Source: an uncultured Gammaproteobacteria bacterium (GTDB lineage Bacteria > Patescibacteriota > Microgenomatia > Levybacterales > UBA12049). Taken from it: 64,000 bases of DNA. Position 1 is the first letter of the stretch. Every line of letters begins with the position of its first letter. The DNA lies in contig CAZZCX010000001.1 in NCBI GenBank assembly GCA_964653195.1, forward strand, positions 35,290-99,289, given 5' to 3'. The notes beneath the pieces were generated by a model that did not search any database, was not told where the DNA came from, and saw only the letters and a list, made by a program, of their open reading frames with translations. Positions 51,195 to 59,623 of the stretch are shown in pieces. The position numbers and the translations under genes were made by a program.

Positions 51195-52085
51195 CTATCG
51201 TGGTTGAAAATGTCTTAGCGCATGACCTGCGTCGCCCACTACATATGGGTCAGTTAAGTAATAACTTTCACTCATTGTATCTGAAGCGCCTAAAGCATAA
51301 AAAATTGAATCTATTCCCATTTCTTCAAGGGCTTTTCTCATATTAGGTATTCCTTGTCTTGTGGCAATAATTGATCGATGAATCAATCTTGCGGGAGTGA
51401 TTCCTTGAAAATGAGCTGCGACAGCAACCGCAGCTGTTGATGCGCCTGATGCAGGGTTCACAAAGTCCGCCACTTCTATAGTCTTCCCTTTGAGTTCGGG
51501 GACTTGCTGTGGGTTTTTCCATTCTACAGTTACCATAAGATCTGTATTCTGCCCCACTTTAGGATGCTGTCTTTTGGTAACCACTTTTATTTCATCAGAT
51601 ATTTCTGCGTCGGGTTCCACCCCATGCGCTAAGCGTGTAGTAACTAGACCAGCTCTTACTAAAGATAACGGTCTACCTCGTCTAGCGTTAGGTAAAAGCG
51701 TATCAATTAATTCATAACCCACTTTTGCCAATTCATAATATTCTCTACAAAATCCTTTATCATCGTAGAGACGAGGATCTGCTACGAGTCTTCTGGCATG
51801 TGAATCAATTCTTCCGACCAAAAGCGCAGCGTCTTTATAGTGATCTGCGAGAACCACCACTCCCCTTTCGGGAAGTCGATCGCGATCATCCCAAAAATCT
51901 CCTTCGTATCTGCCAATAAGGGGAACGAATGCCTGGCCGAAATTAACCAGGGCATGTACATCTGGATTATCACCAGCTTCTAAAAAGTCTTGTGGGTTTC
52001 TTAATTCACCGAGAATATTGATTCTTTCCCCATGGTGAGCAGAAGTAACTCTAATCTCTGAACCACCAAAAATGTAAGCTTGCAT
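51195..52085 (-). CDS. Divergent uracil phosphoribosyltransferase-like (PRTase) protein
   Basis: LVRAGL, PRPP loop 'VADFVNPASGAS', C-terminal 'YYL...VGDAG' resemble UPRTase motifs; 5' end ambiguous. Confidence 0.65.
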   Translation of the reverse strand: MQAYIFGGSEIRVTSAHHGERINILGELRNPQDFLEAGDNPDVHALVNFGQAFVPLIGRYEGDFWDDRDRLPERGVVVLADHYKDAALLVGRIDSHARRLVADPRLYDDKGFCREYYELAKVGYELIDTLLPNARRGRPLSLVRAGLVTTRLAHGVEPDAEISDEIKVVTKRQHPKVGQNTDLMVTVEWKNPQQVPELKGKTIEVADFVNPASGASTAAVAVAAHFQGITPARLIHRSIIATRQGIPNMRKALEEMGIDSIFYALGASDTMSESYYLTDPYVVGDAGHALRHFQPR

Positions 52086-52505
52086 TCTTTTTCGGTTATA
52101 GCCTTGGATGGATGAAGGTTTAGTACATGGTCGGTTCCTAATCTTCTTCCCTCTTCAATTAATTGACCCATAATTTTATTTCATCGCATTATACTCTTAA
52201 AATTATAAATTGCAATTACTGTTGTGCAAACCACGGAAAGTGATTTGGAGATGGCTCATAAGAAATGTGGAGAGTAAGATTATGAATTTAAATTCTCTAC
52301 TTGTATATATTTAGCAAACATGAATCATTGTTTGCTAATATGGCAGCTTTTTGATTTTTATAATACATACATTAAATCTAGTGAAGTTGATGATAGGTGC
52401 AAAGATAATCCCGCGATAGATTTCTTAGTCTGTTCAGAATTTTAAGCATGGACAATTCAAATTTAAAATGTACTAATAGACTGTGAGGCTGATCTTAGAT
52501 AGTAG

Positions 52506-54002
52506 TTAAATGCCGTTTCCGAGGTTATTTAAAACTATTGAGGCAACCTCAGAATCTGTTATGAGATTGATTCCGTATTTAACTGCAGCTTTTCGTATTA
52601 ACTTGCCGTCAGTAAATTCTTTACTCACCTTAACTGTTTCACGTGTTGGGATATTAATTATCAAATCAAATATTTGCCTTGTAACTAAATCTAAAATATT
52701 GGGCGATTCTCCGATTTGGGATACTTTATATACTAGAGAAGAATTGAGATTATTTTGCATTAAAAATTTATTTGTATTTTCAGTAGTGTAGAGAATCACA
52801 TCTTTATTTCTTACAGCATTTTTGATATATGGCAATAAATATTTTTTATTTTCACTTTTGCCGATACTTAATAGAACATGTTTCTTTTTGCCGGATATCA
52901 ATGCTTGTTTTCCGTATCTATTAGAGTCCCAGTCATGAGTTTGTAAGTTTAAAAGCGAAAATACTGACACATTTCTGATGTTTGATTCAGCAAAAACATA
53001 CTGCAAAACCCTTTCATTGCCTATGCCGTAACCTGCATGAGGATTAGTCAGTTTATTCTTCATAATATTCAAATACCATGCGAAATCTTCATAGCTTCCG
53101 CCTCTTTGCTGATGGAGTTTAAACATAGTTGATGAAAGAAGTCTCTCATTGAGCTTTTCGAAATCATGTTCGCGTACCGCTGATCCTGCACCTTCACCTG
53201 CATATGGAAAAATTAAATCGGCAGATAACGCCAGTCGATCATCTTTCGTCCATACTTTCATGTTGAAGAATTTTATTTCTTTAGGGTATTTCATAATAAA
53301 TACCGGCAGTTCCTGCTTGGGTCCGTTAAGCAAAGATACTACTTTGGCTTCATGCTCTGCTTTTAAATCGTCACCGAATTTCACTTGCGGAAATCCGTGT
53401 TTATTTAAGAGTTTCACCGCGTCTTCATAAGTAATACGAAGAAAATCTTTTCTTAAAACCTCTTTTAATCTCTCTGTATTTCTATTGTAGGTTTTCTTTA
53501 ATATTTCATGGTTGTCTTTTATTATTTGCGCAATCATTGACCGAACAGTTTCTTGAATACTTTCAAGAAGAGCTTCATACATTTGGTTTTCATCGTAATT
53601 TTCGCGAGTCATTGAAAGAAGAGTACTGTCAAACTCTTCTTCAGTTAGACGAAACTGTCTAAGATGCCTGTCATCTTCCTCTTCTTCGTCGCGGCCTGAA
53701 TGAATTACCGTATGTACAGCATGAAAGGACTGAAGGGCTTGTTCAAGCGAAAGCTGCCCGGTTTGAGTAAGAAAAAGAGGAAGATCTAGTCGGTTGCCTA
53801 TTTTAAAAAGCGTATCTACATTTTCACATGCACCTGTTATGCCCACAACTTCAGGAACATCTACATATACTCTTTCTCTTTTTTGATAACTTTCGCGTGC
53901 TCCGTTGTTTAAGCTTTGGTTAACGGAAACTAAATTAGAAAAGTGCTCTGAATAAGGTAAAGTTATTTTATTTTCTGATATTGTAAGTTTTACTGGTTTC
54001 AT
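52506..54002 (-). CDS. AsnRS-like class II catalytic domain without anticodon-binding domain, fused to C-terminal MGS-like domain
   Basis: LTQTGQLSLE, motif 2 'R.E...RHL.QF...E.E', YPKEIKFFNM, motif 3 PHAGYGIGNER; MGS 'YTTENT..FL','LIINIP','DGKLIRKAAV'; start ATG 54002. Confidence 0.75.
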   Translation of the reverse strand: MKPVKLTISENKITLPYSEHFSNLVSVNQSLNNGARESYQKRERVYVDVPEVVGITGACENVDTLFKIGNRLDLPLFLTQTGQLSLEQALQSFHAVHTVIHSGRDEEEEDDRHLRQFRLTEEEFDSTLLSMTRENYDENQMYEALLESIQETVRSMIAQIIKDNHEILKKTYNRNTERLKEVLRKDFLRITYEDAVKLLNKHGFPQVKFGDDLKAEHEAKVVSLLNGPKQELPVFIMKYPKEIKFFNMKVWTKDDRLALSADLIFPYAGEGAGSAVREHDFEKLNERLLSSTMFKLHQQRGGSYEDFAWYLNIMKNKLTNPHAGYGIGNERVLQYVFAESNIRNVSVFSLLNLQTHDWDSNRYGKQALISGKKKHVLLSIGKSENKKYLLPYIKNAVRNKDVILYTTENTNKFLMQNNLNSSLVYKVSQIGESPNILDLVTRQIFDLIINIPTRETVKVSKEFTDGKLIRKAAVKYGINLITDSEVASIVLNNLGNGI

Positions 54003-54013
54003 ATTTTTTTGCC

Positions 54014-54039
54014 AAAAAAAAAGAGCCATCCGGCTCTTT
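54014..54039 (-). terminator. Leader terminator upstream of AsnRS-MGS gene
   Basis: Minus strand AAAGAGCC-GGAT-GGCTCTTT continuing into a T run, about 11 nt before ATG. Confidence 0.7.
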
Positions 54040-54092
54040 GTTAAAGACTATAACAGTTGAGTATTATCTTAATATTTCTAATCATTCAAAAA

Positions 54093-54144
54093 ATAATAAA
54101 ACAATTTTTAATACTTGTCAACTAGCAAATGTTTGGAGTATAAT
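54093..54144. promoter_or_regulatory. Overlapping divergent promoters (AsnRS-MGS leader / rny)
   Basis: Minus TTGACA-N17-TATTAT; plus TTGTCA-N18-TATAAT. Confidence 0.6.
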
Positions 54145-54253
54145 TACATTTGGAAAGCAACAGATTATGTGTTTTATGAATAGGACACAGAAACTTATTA
54201 TTATTAAAACTGTTTTAATTTAGTCGTTTCTTCTTCTGTTGCCTCAATTATTT

Positions 54254-55531
54254 ATGGCCGATACTAATACTCATCAGGATCTAATACTCCTTGAAAAAAA
54301 ACTACTTGAACGACAAGAGAAACTTGAAGAAAAACAGGAGTATATAAAAAAACTTCAGGATTCACTTGAAAAAAAATCTACAGAATATACTGAGAAACTT
54401 GAAAAAATCGCATCTTTAACTCGTGATGAGGCTAAAGAAGAGTTACTAAGAGAGGTTGAAAACAAGTCATCAGCTATGGTTGCGCGAATTATTAAAGAAA
54501 AAGAAGAAGAAGCAAAAGCTACAGCTTCAATTAAGGCACAGGAGATAATTTTAGAAAGTATCAGGCACGGAGCTTTGGATTTTATTCCAGAATATACTGT
54601 TTCTATTGTTAAGGTTGAGGATGAAGAGCTTAAAGGAAGAATCATCGGAAAGGAAGGGCGAAACATTAGAGCGTTTGAGCAGTCAACAGGTGTAGATGTG
54701 GATCTTGATGAAGAACACATAATAAGACTCTCTTCGTTTGACTCAGTTAGGCGTGAGATTGCGAGAAGAGCACTTGAAAAATTACTTAGAGATACAAGAA
54801 TTCAGCCTTTTAGAATAGAGGAAGTTGTTGAGCAGACAAGAGCAGAAGTTGACAAGATAATGTTTGATGAAGGTCAAAAACTTGCAATCGAAGCAGGTGT
54901 TTATAATATTCCTACCGATCTTTATACAATACTGGGAAGATTTAAATTCCGCACCTCTTATGGCCAGAATTTAATAGTTCATTCTTTAGAGACCACAAAA
55001 ATAGGTATACATCTAGCAGAAGAGCTTGGGGCAGATGTAAATATTGTAAAACTAAGTTGTCTATTTCATGATATCGGTAAAGTGATGGAGGGGGAAGGAA
55101 GTCATGTAAAGTTAGGAGTAGATTTAATAAAACGGCACAACTTTCCTCAGGAAGTTATAAATTGTATAGCGGAACATCATGAAGATAAACCTTTTTCGAG
55201 CATTGAATCAATAATTGTGTCAACCGCAGATAAAATATCAGGCATGAGGCCAGGTGCAAGATATGAAGATATAGAGAATTATGGAAAAAGACTTACTGAA
55301 ATGGAGAGTCTTGCAAGAAAATACGAAGGGGTAGAGGATGCGTATGCTTTTGAAGCTGGTCGGGAGCTGAGAGTTATAATTGATCCTGGGCTTATGGATG
55401 ATAATCAGACCATTATACTCTCCCGAAAGATTCAAGAAGAAATCGCGCAAACACTTGCGATACCTGGTGAAGTTAAAGTAACAGCAATACGTGAATTTCG
55501 TTCTGTTTATCCAGATAGACAAGTTTCGTAA
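54254..55531 (+). CDS. rny: Ribonuclease Y
   Basis: KGRIIGKEGRNIR (KH), RTSYGQN, FHDIGK (HD), RPGAR, AGRELRV; ATG 54254. Confidence 0.95.
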   Translation: MADTNTHQDLILLEKKLLERQEKLEEKQEYIKKLQDSLEKKSTEYTEKLEKIASLTRDEAKEELLREVENKSSAMVARIIKEKEEEAKATASIKAQEIILESIRHGALDFIPEYTVSIVKVEDEELKGRIIGKEGRNIRAFEQSTGVDVDLDEEHIIRLSSFDSVRREIARRALEKLLRDTRIQPFRIEEVVEQTRAEVDKIMFDEGQKLAIEAGVYNIPTDLYTILGRFKFRTSYGQNLIVHSLETTKIGIHLAEELGADVNIVKLSCLFHDIGKVMEGEGSHVKLGVDLIKRHNFPQEVINCIAEHHEDKPFSSIESIIVSTADKISGMRPGARYEDIENYGKRLTEMESLARKYEGVEDAYAFEAGRELRVIIDPGLMDDNQTIILSRKIQEEIAQTLAIPGEVKVTAIREFRSVYPDRQVS

Positions 55532-55549
55532 AAACATACTCCCTCCCTC

Positions 55550-55578
55550 TTGACAAGTCTTCGTTTTCCTTGTATTGT
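55550..55578 (+). promoter_or_regulatory. sigma70 promoter for HU gene
   Basis: TTGACA-N17-TATTGT. Confidence 0.55.
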
Positions 55579-55722
55579 AAGTCTATTCGACGTCTGCCTA
55601 TATGATTGTTTTTTCTAGCCTCATTATTAATCCTTTTTATTTATTCCGTAAAAAATATATAGTAAAATATCGAATTTATCAAAGATGTAAATTTTCTTAT
55701 ATCGTGAAGGGTGGTGAGTATT

Positions 55723-55995
55723 ATTACTAAAAACGATCTTATTGAAATAGTCGCTAAAAAGACTAATCTTACAAATAAAGCAACTCGAGATGCAATACAA
55801 ATGTTTCTTAACACAGTACAAGACTCACTAAAAAGAGGAGAGAAAGTGGTACTTACAGGCTTTGGTACATTCAGTATAAGGTCCCGAAAGTCACGCATAG
55901 GAAGAAATCCTAAGACTGGAGCTAAGATTACATTAGCTGCAAGAAAATCACCAGGCTTCACACCAGGAAAATCATTTAAGCGACTTATTAAGTGA
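55723..55995 (+). CDS. hup: HU family DNA-binding protein
   Basis: TKNDLIE, GFGTF, RIGRNPKTG, FTPGK; start uncertain (ATT 55723 or GTG 55711/55714). Confidence 0.9.
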   Translation: MTKNDLIEIVAKKTNLTNKATRDAIQMFLNTVQDSLKRGEKVVLTGFGTFSIRSRKSRIGRNPKTGAKITLAARKSPGFTPGKSFKRLIK

Positions 55996-56020
55996 TATAG
56001 AGTATAACTGTAAATAAATG

Positions 56021-56056
56021 AAAGAAACTTCTCATAATACTGAGGAGTTTCTTTTT
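56021..56056 (+). terminator. Intrinsic terminator after hup
   Basis: AAAGAAACTTCTC-ATAATACT-GAGGAGTTTCTTT + T run. Confidence 0.75.
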
Positions 56057-56070
56057 GTTATAATTAAAGT

Positions 56071-57051
56071 GTGGTAATTTCAGTCAATAATTTATCCAAA
56101 TACTACCGTGTTTATAAAAAGGAGCCTGGACTTATGGGCTCTATAAAATCTCTATTTAATAGAAAATATTATGATGCGAAGGCTGTAGATGATACCTCAT
56201 TTTCGATAGAAGAGGGTGAGCTTGTAGGTTTCATCGGACCAAACGGTGCTGGGAAAACCACCACGCTCAAATGCTTATCAGGGCTTTTATATCCCACTAA
56301 AGGCAAAGTAGATGTCTTAGGATTTAATCCGTTTGATCGTAAAAGCGAATATCTTAAAAAGATTGCCCTTGTAATGGGACAGAAAAATCAACTCTGGTGG
56401 GATCTTCCCGCTATTGACTCGTTTTTACTAAATAAAGCGATTTATGAAGTATCAGATAATAATTATAAAGAAACAGTTAGAGAATTATCTGCACTTTTGG
56501 AAGTAAACGATGTTTTAAATATCCAAGTTCGCAAGCTTTCTCTTGGGCAAAGAATGAAATGTGAACTAATAGCAGCATTGATTCATTCGCCTAGAATTCT
56601 ATTCTTAGATGAGCCAACTATTGGCTTGGATGTTGTGATGCAGAAAAAATTAAGAGATTTTATAAAAGAATACAATAAGAAATATAAAGCTACAATTATT
56701 TTGACAAGTCACTATATGGAAGATGTCAGACAACTTTGTGAAAGAGTAATCGTTATTGATCGCGGAAGCATACTCTTTGATGGGAAGCTACATGACATTG
56801 TTAAAAAATACTCAACAAGTAAATATTTGTCGGTTACGTTTGAAAAACCAGTTGATAAAGATAGTTTAATGAAATTAGGAAAAATTGAGTCATATGAATT
56901 TCCGAAAGTAATTTTATCTGTTCCTGTTGAAAGATCAAAGAATGTCGCTGCAAAACTACTTGAAGAATTTCCAGTCGATGATATCAACATCACAGAGCCT
57001 GATATTGAAGATATAGTTCGAGAGATTTTCTTAAAAGCTGGAAAGAGTTGA
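56071..57051 (+). CDS. ABC transporter ATP-binding protein
   Basis: GPNGAGKTT, LSLGQRM, LFLDEPTIGLD, LTSHYM. Confidence 0.95.
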   Translation: MVISVNNLSKYYRVYKKEPGLMGSIKSLFNRKYYDAKAVDDTSFSIEEGELVGFIGPNGAGKTTTLKCLSGLLYPTKGKVDVLGFNPFDRKSEYLKKIALVMGQKNQLWWDLPAIDSFLLNKAIYEVSDNNYKETVRELSALLEVNDVLNIQVRKLSLGQRMKCELIAALIHSPRILFLDEPTIGLDVVMQKKLRDFIKEYNKKYKATIILTSHYMEDVRQLCERVIVIDRGSILFDGKLHDIVKKYSTSKYLSVTFEKPVDKDSLMKLGKIESYEFPKVILSVPVERSKNVAAKLLEEFPVDDINITEPDIEDIVREIFLKAGKS

Positions 57052-57136
57052 TACATTGAATCTGAAAGTTTGGAAACTTCACAAAAGCTAAATATTAGTA
57101 AATTTCCGCTTTCTATTTTCAGCGACAAATCTTTTT

Positions 57137-57931
57137 ATGATGCGTCATTTTAGAATCTTTTTATTATGTTTCCAGTATGTATTTGAGAGAAGAGGAGTTT
57201 CAATAGTTTGGCTTTTAGTAATGTTGATAAATCCACTTATACTCTTGGTTTATTGGCGTTCAGCTCTGGAGAATAATTCAATCGCTGGTTGGTCTTTATC
57301 ATCAATCTCCTCATATTATTTTTTGTTATTTACTGTTTCTGCTTTTTTGATGTCACACATTGAAGAAAATGTGTCAGAAGATGATATTGCTAATGGTCAG
57401 TTAGTTAAATACTTAGTTAAACCATACTCTTATTTTCTTTTTAATATTATTAGGGAATTGCCATATCGTTTATTGCAAGGTTTTTTCGCCATAATAATTT
57501 CACTTATATTTATACTTATATTTGGAAGATTTTTTCAAATCACTACTGATCCAAGAATATTATTTTTAACTGTACTTGTTTTTATTTTAGCTTATATTTT
57601 ATCGTATTCTTATAAAATTGCTATTGGGCTCTTGGCTTTTTGGCTTACAGATGCTAACGGTCTTTTCCAATTTATGGAAATAATTACACTGATTTTTGCG
57701 GGGTATGTTATACCAATTAGCTTAATGCCTGAATTATTATTAAAGATTGTTTATGCTTCTCCTTTCCCATATATAATTTATTATCCTGTAATAATTTTGC
57801 AAGGTAATTTGTCTACCGTAGATATTATATTTGTTATATGTAAGCAGATAGCATGGATATTTTTAATGGTATTACTTTATAAGTTTTTGTGGAAAAAAGG
57901 AATCAAAGTATTTACGGGTATGGGACAATAA
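57137..57931 (+). CDS. ABC-2 type 6 (DUF990-like) permease, type A copy 1
   Basis: 6 TMs, 'DDIANGQLVKYLVKP', 'FAGYVIP', 'PFPYIIYYP'. Confidence 0.85.
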   Translation: MMRHFRIFLLCFQYVFERRGVSIVWLLVMLINPLILLVYWRSALENNSIAGWSLSSISSYYFLLFTVSAFLMSHIEENVSEDDIANGQLVKYLVKPYSYFLFNIIRELPYRLLQGFFAIIISLIFILIFGRFFQITTDPRILFLTVLVFILAYILSYSYKIAIGLLAFWLTDANGLFQFMEIITLIFAGYVIPISLMPELLLKIVYASPFPYIIYYPVIILQGNLSTVDIIFVICKQIAWIFLMVLLYKFLWKKGIKVFTGMGQ

Positions 57932-57933
57932 TT

Positions 57934-58722
57934 ATGAAACGATATTTAAGTATATTTTTATTATTTTTAAAATACAGCTTAATCGAAATTTCTACTTTTA
58001 GATTGAGCTTTTACAATAGCTTAATCAGTCACATTTTTTGGGGTGGATTTCAGTTCGCTTCGATTTTTTTACTTACAAGTAAGACAGGAGATGTATTCGG
58101 ATGGAAAAGAGAAGAGCTATTTTTACTTACAGGAGTTTTTAATTTGGGAATTGGTATCTTCAGAACTTTGGTAGCAAAGAACATGGATTATTTTAATAGG
58201 ATTATTGATACCGGTGGTATAGATAGTTACCTGCTTAAGCCAATTGATGCACAGTTTACACTTAGTTTGATGCACATAAATATTGGTGCATCTATAAGAA
58301 TACCGATATCGATAATTATAATTTTTATATTGTTAAAATTTCTAAATATCAATCCGGGTTTTTTTGAATACGTTATATTTTGTATACTTTTGTTTTTTGG
58401 TTTATTAATAACATATGCCGTATGGTATGGGGTAATGACGATCAGGGTGTGGTATACAAACTTATTCAACTTAAGAGATTTATTAAGTAACATTAGCGGG
58501 ATTTCTCGTTATCCGTGGGAAATGTTTGAGAATACAGGTATATTTTTATTTTTAGTCTTTTTTCCAATTTCTAGCGTTATTTCAATTCCTACGAAATTTT
58601 TACTTGGACGGAATAATATATCTGAAATTTTATTTTTTATTTTCATATCTCTCTCCTCATTCTACTTATCTCGAATATTTTGGAAATTCGCATTAAGGTA
58701 TTACACAAGTGTTAGCGGATGA
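57934..58722 (+). CDS. ABC-2 type 6 permease, type B copy 1
   Basis: 'GGIDSYLLKP', 'RYP', 'FWKFALRYYTSVSG'; ATG 57934. Confidence 0.85.
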   Translation: MKRYLSIFLLFLKYSLIEISTFRLSFYNSLISHIFWGGFQFASIFLLTSKTGDVFGWKREELFLLTGVFNLGIGIFRTLVAKNMDYFNRIIDTGGIDSYLLKPIDAQFTLSLMHINIGASIRIPISIIIIFILLKFLNINPGFFEYVIFCILLFFGLLITYAVWYGVMTIRVWYTNLFNLRDLLSNISGISRYPWEMFENTGIFLFLVFFPISSVISIPTKFLLGRNNISEILFFIFISLSSFYLSRIFWKFALRYYTSVSG

Positions 58723-58824
58723 GAAGTAAAAACAGGAAATGATAAGAATTTTCTTGTAGTAACACTTTATCAACGAAATAGATTAGAAACGTTGTGAAGT
58801 TCTGATGCAATATATTTTAAAACT

Positions 58825-59619
58825 GTGCATAAATACTATTTAATCGCAAAATATACCTGGGATGAGATGCTGACATATCGTCTGAATTTTGCTATGTATA
58901 GAATGAGAAATGTCTTAACGTTTCTTACTATTTATTATTTATGGTTGGCGCTTTTGCCTGAAGGCACATCATTATTTGGTTATACTCAGTCAGCGATACT
59001 TACCTATATTTTAGGTACCGCTTTTCTTCAATCATTAGTAATCTCTTCAAGAAGTTATGCATTAGGAGATGATATTATTCAGGGTAGTTTATCGAATTTT
59101 TTACTCAAGCCTTTTAATTATTTTTACTATTGGTTCGCAAAAGATTTGGGTGACAAATTGATGAATATAGCTTTCGCATTAATTGAGCTTGCCCTTCTAG
59201 TTATTGCTCTTCGTCCACCACTTTTTATCCAAACGGATATTCTTTACTTAATCTTTTTTATAATATCTATCGTAATTGCCATTTTTCTATTCTTTTTTTG
59301 TAATATTTTATTGGGTATGATAGGTTTTTTTAGTCCAGAAGTTTGGGCACCACGATTTATATTCATGGTGCTTATCGGGTTTTTCTCAGGTGGGTACTTT
59401 CCACTTGATATATTACCGAAATCCATTTTTTATATTTTTAGGATTCTTCCTTTTAATTACCTCACTTACTTTCCTTTAAAAATTTATTTAAAACAGATAC
59501 CGCTTATAGAAATAACTACAGGTATCGTAAGTGGAGTTACATGGGTGTTTGTTTTATATGTATTGATCAGATATTTTTGGAGGATAGGACTTGGAGAGTA
59601 TACAGCGCAGGGGAGATAG
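58825..59619 (+). CDS. ABC-2 type 6 permease, type A copy 2
   Basis: 'DDIIQGSLSNFLLKP', 'FSGGYFPL', 'LPFNYLTYFP'. Confidence 0.85.
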   Translation: MHKYYLIAKYTWDEMLTYRLNFAMYRMRNVLTFLTIYYLWLALLPEGTSLFGYTQSAILTYILGTAFLQSLVISSRSYALGDDIIQGSLSNFLLKPFNYFYYWFAKDLGDKLMNIAFALIELALLVIALRPPLFIQTDILYLIFFIISIVIAIFLFFFCNILLGMIGFFSPEVWAPRFIFMVLIGFFSGGYFPLDILPKSIFYIFRILPFNYLTYFPLKIYLKQIPLIEITTGIVSGVTWVFVLYVLIRYFWRIGLGEYTAQGR

Positions 59620-59623
59620 ATTT

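Noticed and set aside
54003-54090. T-box riboswitch before the AsnRS-like gene
   Set aside because: Leader is under 90 nt and lacks the TGGnACC T-box consensus and stem I.
54038-54223. 61-aa plus-strand ORF upstream of rny
   Set aside because: TTG start, spans the divergent promoters, no recognisable features.
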